From contig NC_086109.1 in the NCBI RefSeq assembly GCF_963921235.1, positions 8,186,001-8,250,000 of the forward strand: 64,000 bases of DNA, written 5' to 3'. This DNA comes from Mobula hypostoma (lineage: Eukaryota). Positions 50,633 to 62,856 of this stretch are shown piece by piece (positions within the stretch are counted from its first letter, which is position 1; each line of letters starts with the position of its first letter). A model generated the notes under the pieces. That model saw only the letters and a list, made by a program, of their open reading frames with translations, searched no databases and had not been told where the DNA came from. The position numbers and the translations under genes were made by a program.

Positions 50633-51469
50633 AACTGACAATGATATAATGAGTTGATTGAACTAAACTGATTAACTGAAGCAGAAACAGGTGTGGAAAG
50701 AATCAAATTGGGAAAAGGACAACCAAGCCATTCCCCCGAAGTGTAAGCAAAGCCAAGAGATTCAGCTGTGCACAAAAACACAAGGACTGGGCTGCTGAAT
50801 AATGGCAGCAGGTGCTCTGGACTGACAAATCAAAATTTGAAAGTTCTGGCTCCATCAGGAGGTAGTTTGTCCGTAGATGATGTCGAGAGTGCTACATGGA
50901 TGAGTGTCTGCAGCCAACAACAGAGGTTCCCTGCCGGTCTGGGGCTGCATTTCTGCAAATGGAGTTGGTGATGTGGTCCGAATTAATGGGATCCTCAATG
51001 CTGAGATGTACAAGGAGATTCTCATCCATCATGTAATAACATCAGAGAGACATCTGATTGGTCCCAACTTCATTCCGGAATAGGACAATGACATCAAATA
51101 CATGACCAAGGCCATAAGGAACTATCTTCAGCAAAAAGAAGATCAAGGAGTTCTTCAATAGATGGTATGGCCTTCACAGAGCCCTGATCTCAACATCATC
51201 GAGGCTGTCTGGGATTACCTGGTGAGACAGAAGCAAGTGAGGCAGCCAAAGGCTGCAGAAGAACTGTGACAAGTTCTCCAAGATTCTTGGAACAACCTAC
51301 CAGCTGATTTTCTTATAAAACTGCATGACAGTATATCTAAAATAATTGGTGCAGTTTTCATGGCAAAGGGTGGTCACACCAAACATTGATTTGATTTAGT
51401 TTTTTATTCTTTACTGCTCTTTATAATAAATTTTTCAATATTTAGAAACTTTTTAAACCAAACTTGAAT

Positions 51470-53222
51470 CAACGAGGGATGCTCAACAGCTGTGGCAGCT
51501 TGAATGCTATCACTGCCCACAAAGTTAAATCAAGTGACGTGGGAGACAGCAGGTCTTGGCTTCCAGGTGAGCTCAGTGCCTTCTATGCTCACTTTTGACC
51601 GTCAGAAACCATCGCAAACCCCAACGTTCCCCAGTGATCCTATGATCTCAGTCTCTGACCCTTCAGGAGGGTGAGTTCACGGAAGGCATCTGGACCAGAC
51701 GGAGTACCTGACCACGTACTGAAGACCTGTGCTGACCAACTGGCTGGTGTGTTCACTGAGACCTTTAACCCCCTGGCTTTGGCAGTGTGTGGTTCAGTTA
51801 TGCCATTGCCCAGGAAGAGCGAGGTGACCTGCCTCGATGACTAGCACCCCGTTGCACTAATGTACATCCACAGTGGTGAAGTGCTTTGAGAGGTTGATGA
51901 TGAAACATACCAGCTCCTGCCTTAAAGGCGTCTTGGATCCACTCTACTTTGCCTACTAGAGAAATAGGTCCACTGCAGATGTCAACTCATTGGCTCTTCA
52001 CTCAATCCTGGGACATCTGGACAGCAAAGACACATACATCAGGATGCCCCCTATTGACTACAGCTCAGCATTCAATACCACCATCCCCTCTAAGCTAAAT
52101 AATAATCTTTAAGACCTTGGCCTCAGTACCCCTTGTGTAATTGGATCTTGGATTTCCACACTTGCAGTTTGGATTGGTGATGTCATCTCCTTTACGATCT
52201 CCATCGGCACAGGTGCACCACAGGACTATGGGCTTAGTCCCCTGCTCTACTCACTTTACACCTATGATTGTGTGGCTAAACACAGCTCCAATACCCTATT
52301 CAAGTTTGCTGATGACACCAGCATACAGGAGGGAGATTGAAAATCTGGCTGAGAGGTGTCATAACGGCAACCTCTTACTCAATGTCAGCAAGACCCCCGA
52401 GGAACTGATTATAGACTTCAGGAGAGGGAAACCAGGGGCCCAAGAGCCAGTCCTCATCAGAGGATCAGAGGTGGAGAGGGATAGCAGCCTTAATTTCCTG
52501 AGTGTTACTATTTCAGTGGACCTGACCTGGACCCAGTACATAAGTGCAATTGCGAAGAAAGCATGGCAACACCTCTACTTCTTTAGTAGAGGTGCGGAGA
52601 TTTGGTATGACATCTAAAACTTTGACTAACTTCTATAAATGCGTAGTGGATAGTATATAGACTGGTTGCATCATCGCCTGGTATGGGAACACCAATGCCC
52701 TTGAATGAAAAATTCCTACAAAAGGTAGTGGATTCAGCCCAGTACATCACAGGTAAAGCCCTCCCAACCACTGAGCACATCTACTTGAAACACTGTTGTA
52801 GGAAAGCAGCATCCATCCCATCAGAGACCTCCACCACCCAGGACATTGTCTCTTCTTACTGCTGCCATCAGGTAGAAGGTACAAGAGCCTCAGGATTTGC
52901 ACCACCCTTGAACAGGTGGTGCAAGTCCTTCTTGAACAGTTACCACCCCTCAACCATCAGGCTCTTGAATAGAAGGGGATAGCTATATTCACTTGCCCCA
53001 TCATTGAGATGTTCCCACAACCAGTGATCTCACTTTAAGGACACTTTATCTCATTATCTCAAGTTCTCGTTATTTATTGCTATTTATTTATGTTTCTATT
53101 TGCACAGTTTGTTGTCTTCTGCACTCTGGTTGATCTTTCACTGATACTTTTACAGTTACTATTCTATAGATTTGTTGAGTATGCCCGCAGGAAAATGAAT
53201 CTCAGGATTATATATGGTGACA
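51470..53222 (+). mobile_element. Degraded Rex1/Babar LINE (RT domain to 3' UTR)
   Basis: [53 protein letters not shown] and YHPSTIRLLN. Confidence 0.88.
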
Positions 53223-55566
53223 TTAAAAAAATGAAGTCTGTTTTAGTGTAAAGTTCCATCATTGTCCCAACCAGTAATTTCGGCCGGCTATTTGAAGGTC
53301 CAACATCGGTGCACGTTATTTTCCTCATTTTCATTCACAATACCACTGTAGCCTTAGAACTAAATATTTGGGAAATTAGGCAATAAGCATAAAATACTGG
53401 ATACCCTTCAAAAGAACACTCCATTGAATGCCAAGAAATGTTGTAATTACTGTTTCCACAAAAAAAAACTCCATGATTTTCAACTTCCACTTTCAGATCC
53501 ACAGTGTGAGATTTCCTTACATGTCCAATAAACTAATCCCAATAGGACTGGGTTTGGTTATAATAATCACTGTCCGAATTTTATCACTGGAATAAACATA
53601 TACAAACACGAATTAAGTTTCTATTGTTGGCCAATACAAGATGATCTTTTAAAGGAAAAAGAAACGAAGTTATTTTAAATATTCTGGCCTTTCAAATCTT
53701 TTAAGAATGGTTCTGCTTAAATCGGCTGTTGGTTTCTGATCAGTTGAAAATTGCATTTACAGCAGTCAGATCTGTGGAGACTACAATCATATAATGGAGC
53801 ATTGAGTTATATTAGTACCTTGGTGGGTTAGCCTGTATAGATATCATGTCCATGGGAGCCATGCACTTTGAAACATGTAATAAATCTTGAACAAAAAAGT
53901 TCAAAGTCAATTTATTATCAACATATGGAGATGTCACCATAAACTACCTTGAGATTCATTTTCTTGCAGGCATTTACAGGAACTAAAGAAAGACAATAGA
54001 ATGTATGAAATACTATAAACAACAGACTGTCAAACAACCAATATGCAAAAGAAGATAAACTGTGCAAATATTTTTTTAAAGTAAATAATTAGGATTGAGT
54101 AGTAGAGTCCTTCAAAGTGAGGCTGTAGATTGTGGAGTCATTTCAGGGTTGAGTTGTGGAGTTATCCACACCGGTTCAGGAGCCTAATGGTTGAAGGGTA
54201 ATAACAGTTCCTGAACCTGGAGGTGTGGGACCTAAGGCTCCTGTACCTCCTGCCCAATGGTAGTAGCGAGAAGCCAGCATGTTCACCAGCTTAATGTCCT
54301 TGGACACAGTTCTGATTTTGCAAAGGCTTCACTGGTCTTCTTATGGGCTTTTAGGGCGGTGCTCTTTTCTTCTGCAAAAGGCTTTTACAGGCCATATATG
54401 TGGTTAGAAATGGGTGTTAGCAACTTCACAAGTATTATTCCCACATCACAGATTGTGCATTGTTGTAAACATTTTATAGTTGGCTTGTGAAATGAATAAA
54501 GTTGAAGTTTTATTTTAATAAGCTGTAAAATCATGAAAGTTCTTCAAATCAATTTTTTTAATGTTTTATTAATCAAATTTGCAAATGTTATCAAATCATG
54601 TATATAAAGTATTGAACCTTTATTACTAATTTCATTTGATACAGAAAACTAATGTTGAGGTGTATTACCAAAATTCTGCTCTTTGGCCAATGTGACCCTT
54701 CTCTCAAACAGTGAAGCCACTTTTGCATTGGGGGCCAGGCGATAAAATGTTCTTTTGGTTTGAAATTCCCTGAGCATTTGCGTTGCATTTCCATACTCTA
54801 CCCACTCTCCCAACCTGACCACCGATGAAATTTGGAAGCCTCCTCAATTGAGAAGGATTGGGAAGATTTTGTCCTGCGAATTGGTAAATTGGTTTACTAT
54901 TGTCACATGTACAGAAGCAGAGTGGAAAATCTTCGTTTCGCATGCCATCCAAACAGATTATTTCATCACATCAAGGACCACAAGGGGAGAAAATAACAGA
55001 GAGCAGAATGAAGAGATACAGATACAGAGAAAGTGCAGTGCAGGCAGACAATAAGGTGCAGTGGAAGATCACGCTGAGATAAATTGTGAGGTAAAAAGTC
55101 CCACTTATACTAGGGAACCGTTCTATGGTCTTCCGACAGTGGGATACAATCCTTGAGCCTGGTCTGGCTTTTTGTACCTTCTGCCCAGTGGGAAGAGGAG
55201 AAGAAAGAATAATAGTGCCACGCTAGTGTAATTATTGCAGCTCAGGGCGTCAGAGTTCAATTCCGGGGCTGTTTATACGTTTTCCCCACGAACTACGTGC
55301 GTTTCCCCTGGGTGCTCCACCTCCCTCCCACAGTCCAAATCTTACCGGTTGGTAGGTTCAGCGGTCATTGTGACAAGGCTGGGGTTAAAGTGGTGGGTAG
55401 TGTGTCTCGTTGGCCCAGATGAGCTGTCCTGCGATGTATCTCGAAATGAAATTTAAGGTAAACGATGAGGGATTGGGAGAGCGATCTCTGCGGCTTTTCC
55501 TGCGGTTTGGTTTACGATGATATGTAGGGAGGGTCCAATTGGAAATTAACCCCGAAGACAACAAAA

Positions 55567-56547
55567 ACAACAGGAATTCTGCAGATGCTGGAAATTCAAG
55601 CAACACACATCAAAGTTGCTGGTGAACGCAGCAGGCCAGGCAGCATCTGCAGGAAGAGGTGCAGTCGATGTTTCAGGCCAAGACCCTTCATCAGGACTAA
55701 CTGAAGGAAGAGTGAGTAAGGGATTTGAAAGTTGGAGGGGGAGGGGGAGCTCCAAAATGATAGGAGAAGACAGGAGGGGGAGGGATGGAGCCAAGAGCTG
55801 GACAGGTGATAGGCAAAAGGGGATACGAGAGGATCATGGGACAGGAGGTCTGGGAAGAAAGACAAGGTGGGGGGACCCAGAGGATGGGCAAGAGGTATAT
55901 TCAGAGGGACAGAGGGAGAAAAAGGAGAGTGAGAGAAAGAATGTGTGCATAAAAATAAGTAACAGATGGGGTACGAGGGGGAGGTGGGGCCTTAGCGGAA
56001 GTTAGAGAAGTCGATGTTCATGCCATCAGGTTGGAGGTTACCCAGATGGAATATAAGGTGTTGTTCCTCCAACCTGAGTGTGGCTTCATCTTTACAGTAG
56101 AGGAGGCCGTGGATAGACATGTCAGAATGGGAATGGGATGTGGAATTAAAATGTGTGGCCACTGGGAGATCCTGCTTTCTCTGGCGGACAGAGCGTAGAT
56201 GTTCAGCAAAGCGGTCTCCCAGTCTGCGTCGGGTCTCGCCAATATATAAAAGGCCACATCGGGAGCACCGGATGCAGTATATCACCCCAGTCGACTCACA
56301 GGTGAAGTGTTGCCTCACCTGGAAGGACTGTTTGGGGCCCTGAATGGTGGTAAGGGAGGAAGTGTAAGAGCAAGTGTAGCACTTGTTCCGCTTACACGGA
56401 TAAGTGCCAGGAGGGAGATCAGTGGGGAGGGATGGGGGGGACGAATGGACAAGGGAGTTGCGTAGGGAGCGATCCCTGCGGAATGCAGAGAGAGGTGGGG
56501 AGGGAAAGATGTGCTTAGTGGTGGGATCCCATTGGAGGTGGCAACAA
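55567..56547 (-). mobile_element. 5'-truncated Penelope-like retroelement (Neptune-type): GIY-YIG endonuclease plus 3' terminal repeat
   Basis: Uninterrupted frame about 56542-55992: CKRNKCYTC..VIYCIRCSRCGLLYIGETRRRLGDRFAEH..PVATHFN..LEEQHLI..QPDGMN. TSD aagacaacaaaa at 55555-55566 and 56548-56559. Confidence 0.93.
55662..55703 (-). ncRNA. Hammerhead motif in the PLE 3' terminal repeat
   Basis: Minus strand cagttagtc CTGATGA a gggt-cttg-gcct GAAAC ATC gactg. Confidence 0.7.
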
Positions 56548-57374
56548 AAGACAACAAAAGTCAGCTTTATCGTGCCAATTAGTAGGTTCATTGGTCGTTG
56601 TAAGCTGTGCGCACGTAGGTTTCTTCCAGGTGCTCCGGTTTCCGCCCACAGTCCGAAGACGTACAAGTTAGTTAGTAGGTTCATTAGTCATTGTACATTG
56701 CCCAGTGATTAGGCTAGGGTTAAATAGGTGAGTTGCTGGGTGGCGCGGTTCGTTGGGCAGGAAGGACCCTTTTCTGCACACTATCTCTAAATAAACAAAC
56801 AAACAAATAAATAAACGTCTGGGACGGGTGGGTTTTGATTATGTTCGCTGCCTTCCCGAGGCAGCAAGAAGTGTGGGCAGCATAGCGTCATTGACAGGAT
56901 TTTTCTGCTAATACACAAGGAGTTTGAAACAAAATGGTGGAGAATAGAGTGACGCACACAGGTTGGTAGCAGACGGGAATGAGCTCATTTACGGGCTGGT
57001 ATGCTTTAGATTGCACTGATGCACAGTCACAAAGTGAATTACATCATCATTAAATGTGCACTTCAGGGTATTGGTATCGAAATATCGTTGGAAGTGACTC
57101 ATCCCTGCCAGCACATTCAACATAGTTGTGCCTTGAATTCTAAGAAGGTAATCTTTCCACGACTAATTAACCCTTTGCTTGCCTTCTTTGGCGATTTGGA
57201 GCATGGCCTCTCTGAGATTTGACTGCTCAAACCATTATAGCCCCGTGAAGCGTAAGTTCCTTACCAGAGGCCAGCAGCTTTTCCCTCACAAGCCAGGTTT
57301 TCACTGGAGTCTGGTCACCAGGCTGTGGTAGGGCCTGGAAAACGGGCCCTTCAGCCCGACTCATCCATGCTAAG

Positions 57375-57810
57375 CATAGGACATAGGAGCAGAATTAGTC
57401 CATTTGACCCGTCGAGTCTGCTCTGCCAGTCATGGCTGATTTACTATCCCTGTCAACCCTATTCTCCTGCCTTCTCCCCGTAACCATTGACACCCTGATT
57501 AACCAAAGGCCTGTCAGACTCTGCTTTAAATATACCCAATGACTTGGCTCCACAGCCATCTTTGGCAGTGAATTCCAGAGATTCACCACCCTCTGGCTAA
57601 AGAAATTTCTCCCTCTCGCTGTTCTCAAGGCACATTCTTCTATTCTGAGTCCTAGACTCCCCCACTATAGGAAACACCCACTCTATGTAGACCTTCCAAT
57701 ATTCAATACGTTTCAATGAGATTGTCCTTCATTCTTCTAAACTCTATTGAGTATAGGGCTAAAGCCATCAAACATTCCTCGTGTTAGCCCTTTCATTCCC
57801 AGGATCTTCT
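57375..57810 (-). mobile_element. CR1 3' fragment
   Basis: ORF 57395-57628 RNFFSQRVVNLWNSLPKMAVE. Confidence 0.85.
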
Positions 57811-59121
57811 GACCCAAGCTGTCTACCCAAGTGATTCTCATTTGTCTATATTTGGCCCATATCGCAGTAAGCTGTGGCCTTCCTTTGAACCACTTTGTTT
57901 AAAAAAATAGAAAAGACTTATAAGGGTGTTGCCAGGACTCAAGGGACTGAGTTACACGGAGAAGTTGTACAGGCTAGTATGGCTTTCCTTGGCACATAGA
58001 CTGAGGGCTGATCTTATAAAGATATGTAAAATAAAGAGGGGCATGGAAAGGGTGAATGTCGACAGTCTTTTTCACAGGTTGGGCAATCAGAAATTACAGG
58101 GGATTGGTCTAGGGTGAGGGGGAAGAGATTTAAGAGGAACATGAGGGGTTACATTTTTTTTTGCACTGAGCAGGTCAGGCAGCGTCTATGGAAAAGAGTA
58201 AACAGTTGGCATTTCGGGCCAAGACCCTTCATCAGCGTCTATCTTTTCCACAGATGCTGCCTGGCCTGCTGAGTTCCACCAGCATTTTGTGTGCATTACT
58301 TTGGATTTCCAGTATCTGCAGATTTTCTCGTGTTTGTAATCCCAATGCGATTATTTTGAATTTTAACGGGGGTGGTTACCTTGTCTGCCAATTAGCCCAG
58401 TCTCTGGAAGTGGGTCTATATTTTGATGAGTTGTGCGTATAAAACTCTAGCTTAAATTTAAAATTTGTACGAACTAGTTTTGCGAAACCTGGGAGAAGGA
58501 AAACAAGAGTATTGCATTGTAGTTAAATACTTTAGAACAAGGGGAGTTCTGCCCTCAACCAGCAGCCCACACAAGACCTTTTTCTCCATAGCTCTGTGAG
58601 CAAATTCCTTCCCTGTGCTTGATCTGTCAGTCCGTCCATCATCACCCTCATCCACCCAGGTGCCTGGCCACAATCTCTGAGATTAAAGTTTAACCTTACT
58701 TTTCGCATACACAAGTCTTAAGGCACGTACTGTACGTGTACAGTGCCAATAAAAATCATTCATCCCACTCGGAGGTTTTCATGTTCTATTGTTTTACAAC
58801 ATTGAATCACAGTGGATCTTAATTTAGCTTTTTTGACACTGAGAGCGGGAAGGGAGCAGGGAGAGGGAAATTATGGTTAGGGAAAAGGGGGAGGGAGAGG
58901 GGAGCACCAGAGAGACACTCTGTGATGATCAGTAAGCCAATTGTTTGGATTCAAATGACCTTGCCTAGTGTCTCAGGGCTGGGTGTGTCTGCACCTGCAC
59001 CACCCCCTGCCCCTGGCACTCCCCTGTCACCCCCTCCCGCGGCGCTCCACCCTCACCTTCCCCACCATCCTTTGTTCCTGCCAGACTTAGAAACTCGCTC
59101 TTCACTCCACATTGACAAATA

Positions 59122-59196
59122 CAATACTGTGCAAAAGTCTTGGGCACCCTAGTTTTTTTATATATATATAAAGTCTGAGACTTTTCCACAGTACTG
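59122..59196. mobile_element. Tc1-type mini-MITE with TA flanks
   Basis: ta-caatactgtgcaaaagtct ... agacttttccacagtactg-ta. Confidence 0.7.
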
Positions 59197-60284
59197 TACG
59201 TTGAAGCTTCGAATCATGCGGTGAAATGCATCATTTGCAACAATTTAAATCAGCAAGGTTTGTGCTGGGCAAGTGGCATCAGGCTTCCAGCGCCAACATA
59301 GAAGGCCCACTAACCCTAACCCATATATCTCTGGAATGTGGAAGGAAACTGGAGCACCCAGAGGAAACTCACACGGTCACGAGCAGAGCATGCAAACTCC
59401 TTACAGACAGCAGTGGGAATTGAACACCGGTTACTGCCGCTGAAACAGTGGTACGCTACCATTCCACCCTCCTCTTCCCTCCGTTCTTTGGCTGCAGGTC
59501 ATGCTGTCTGGTACTTGTGCGGCCGCTAACGTCTGCCCAGCAAGCCAAGAAGCGCCTGGTTACAGTTGGTGGGTACCACAGGGATATCTCCTCAGTTGCT
59601 GCAGATATTAGGAGCCAAGAGTTGGTACCGGGCTAACGTGTTAACTATGCCAGAAAAATGGATCTGACGCTACTCTATTGCCTTCACTTTGTTCCTCTCT
59701 GCTGCCTAATTAGCATCAAGGCAGCAGTCGTTGTATCACTGCTCAGATGGGAATTTTAATCTCAAAGGTTCATTTTTTTTTAACCGGTCTGACATCTACT
59801 TGGGTATGTTTTGGTACCAAGTCATTAGCAATAACTTAAAGGCTAACTACTGAGAGTTTTGGTAACATCAGAGCACCATCCGTGGCTGTGAAATGTTAAT
59901 CAGACCACTCCCGAATTAAATTGGTGTGGGCCCAGGTTAACTATTGTTCACGTAACGTCATGCCCCTGGCATTTTGGCCAAAAGTTGCCCATAATGCTGA
60001 TTGGCATCTCAGTGCCCTCTCCCTCTGTGCCGTTAACGATTGGCATGCAGAGCAGAGTTTGCACTGTTGCTCGGCATCCTGGCCGGTTCTGCCCTCTACC
60101 GGGAAAGGTTAAGATGGCCAACAGAAGGAATTGTGGAACTGGAATGGTTTTACAGTGACCCTGTGCCATGAACTAACAGCTGATATTCCATTTCCAGTCT
60201 CCAGCACAGCTAAACATGAGCCTTTTACATTATAGCATTTATGAAGTCATGTGACAAGCATTCCACCCTTTTTTGTTTGAACAG

Positions 60285-60320
60285 GTAAAAAACAAGGAGT
60301 ACCAGAAAATCGCAACAAAG
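60285..60320 (+). CDS. ATP2B4: 36-nt alternative exon at PMCA splice site A: (G)KKQGVPENRNK
   Basis: Acceptor cccttttttgtttgaacag, donor gtaacc, phase 1-1. The peptide matches my recollection of the human PMCA4 site-A (x form) insert and differs from the PMCA1/2/3 inserts. Confidence 0.92.
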
Positions 60321-62638
60321 GTAACCCTCATAAACATAGGACCACACTAACTGGAAGCATTTCTCCTCCTTTATTTTTCAACCATTATTGTTGTTCTTCA
60401 AATTCGCTAACACAGTGGGGCCTTCACCACCACCTTCTGTTTTGATGGGGGTACAACGATTATTGGGAAAAAATAAAACCACGATCAGTTGCAACACAAT
60501 TACTATTAAATTAGTTCTCACACAACCTCCTCGTGGTGACTTGTATGGATTTGGCAAACGTTCCTTCGAGCGACGTGTTGACAGTTAGTCCTTGTGGTGA
60601 GGTTATTTTTCTGAAGGCCTAAGTGAAAGCCACCGATAACCACTGCAACTGGTTTGAAGTCCTGGCCATTAGCTGTCTCTTGTTCCTGCAAGAGATGTGA
60701 AGTGGGCCTCTTGAATATTACAAAATTACTTTTTGCCCTTCCAAATATAACCCTGGCATCTGTTGCCGAGCCCTTTAAATACCTCTGCGAGGTGCAAAAT
60801 GCTAAATTCCCTGTTGTCTCATTCATACTTCAGAGATTCTATCTGGAAATCTATCAGAATTCCACCCCCCTTTGAGTAACCAGGACTTGCTGGAATCATT
60901 CGTAATTCCTCCCAAATTAATATCCAGTATTCCAGTCCCTTCTCAACAATGTTAAGACAATGATGTCAAAGAATTATGCTGGAAGAGAGCTTTAAGCATG
61001 GTGCAAATATGATGTTTAATCAGTTTCTCTTTTTTTAGAAAAACAGTAATCGTTGAACCCCTACTTTTTTTCCTTCATAGTCTCAGCCTTCACGTTGTGG
61101 TTTGACTGTTCCTTCCAGGCTCTGTGGAGGACCTCATAACTTCACCCTCTCTGCAGTTTAGCTTGCCTTTCTTCAGCCTCTCTGACATAGTCTTTGTCGT
61201 TTTTTCTTTCTCTCTTTCTTTGTTGCTCCTAGCTCTCTCTCCTCAAATGTAAATTACTCATAGGATAGTGTACGTTCCAAAGTTTTAAAAGATAATGCCC
61301 TTGTGAAGCTGGCTGTTGTTGCCCAGCTTTGCTATTGATGGTATTTTGGGCCTTTGGTTCTGTTGTATCAATAGTGATTAAGTAATTACAATATTTTTTA
61401 TACAGAGGCCTCAAGCCTTTGACAATTCCTCAGTTATATTTCTGACAGATGATGCATTTCCGAACTGTGTGTATAAGTAAAAATTATCAAACCTCTGGTC
61501 CATGTTACCAGAACTTCACACAAGTGACTCAATCGATTTGATTTTTGGAAGTACTTTATAATTCAACTTTTAGAATGCTGAGGAGTTTCCAGAACTTCAG
61601 AAACAGATTTTGTGTTTTAATTAACTCAAAATATAACAAATGAGGTCAAATTTAAAAAAAAATCTTTCTACAATCTACCAGAAAGTAATTATCTCCCTCC
61701 TCGACCAGCAGGCGTTCACCATGGGTGTAATGGGACCAGACCTCAAAGAAATACACTAATTGTATCTTGGAAATTAACCCTTTCCGTGCAGCAGCTACTG
61801 TTGGTGATGTAACCTTAGCCTTTAACTTCTTTATGTCCACCTGTAGTATGACGCTGAAGAAAGGAACGTTTAATTCAAAGGAGAGAACAGGGTTTCAGTT
61901 CAAAACCTCCCCCCCCCTCACTAAATCATCCTCCCCACTGAGTCTCTCCAGCAGACTGCTAAACAGTTTAATTCCCCCTGGCTGTGCCCAAATACTGTTG
62001 CCAAGTCAATAAGTGCAAATGGTAAGTGGAAGTCAAGCTCACTGGTATCTGAGCAAGTCTGTGTCTGCACAGGTGTAGTGAAAAACTTCCTTGCACCAGC
62101 TGACAGGCCCAGAGTATCAGATAGTCAACATTCACCATCAACCTTCCCTCTAAGTTTTCTTTACACAGTTGAGCACGCCAACCATTGCTCCGAGCAGGAA
62201 ATTTTCACACAGTCTGAAAACCGCTCGGCACTTAAAAACACAAGGAAATTCCAGCTGTGTGGCAACAAAGGCTCCGTGCGCAGGAGATTTCAGTTACTGC
62301 ATGGCCGCACACCCGCACACTAAGAGGGAGCGATATTCACTAGAAGAACAGAAATGATGCGCCTTAACGCATTATTTTCTTCCAAGGACTAAGACTTTGT
62401 CATATTTAGTTTCCTTTTCCCCCAAGACTTTAGTAGACCCAAGTCAGAGAGTCACAGAGATGGACAGCACAGAAACAGACCCTTTGGCCCATCTAGTCCA
62501 TGCCGAACTGTTTAAACTATCTACTCCTATCGACCTGCACTGGGACCATAGCCTCCATACACCTACCATCCATGTACCTTTCCAAACTTCTCTTAAACAT
62601 TGAAATCAAACGCATACACCACATGTGCTGGCAGCCTT

Positions 62639-62856
62639 TTCCTTTTGTAGACCTGAGCGATCCTTACCTAGATCCAGGCATTCCTTGAGTATACCCAAGT
62701 GTTCCTTGAGCAGACCCGAGCATTCCTTATGTAGACCCGAGTTTTCCTTACATAGGCCCGAGTTTTCCTTACGTAGGCCCGAGCGTTCCTTACGTAGGCC
62801 CGAGAGTTCCTTACGTAGGCCCAAGCGTTCCTTACGTAGACCCAAGTGTTCCTTGA
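62639..62856. repeat. Minisatellite with 21-bp unit, about 10 copies
   Basis: Unit ttccttacgtaggcccgagcg; the central copies are the most homogeneous. Confidence 0.92.

Larger units (their letters stand above)
49705..51450 (+). mobile_element. Degraded Tc1 transposon hosting the fold-back PLE insertion
   Basis: TA-cagtactgcacaaaagtcttaagcac terminus; catalytic-domain remnants VLWTDKSKFE, DND, WPSQSPDLNIIEAVW and AKGGHTK. Confidence 0.85.

Noticed and set aside
61847..61900. Exon after the acceptor-like ccacctgtag
   Set aside because: The phase-1 reading hits TGA immediately and there is no good donor nearby.
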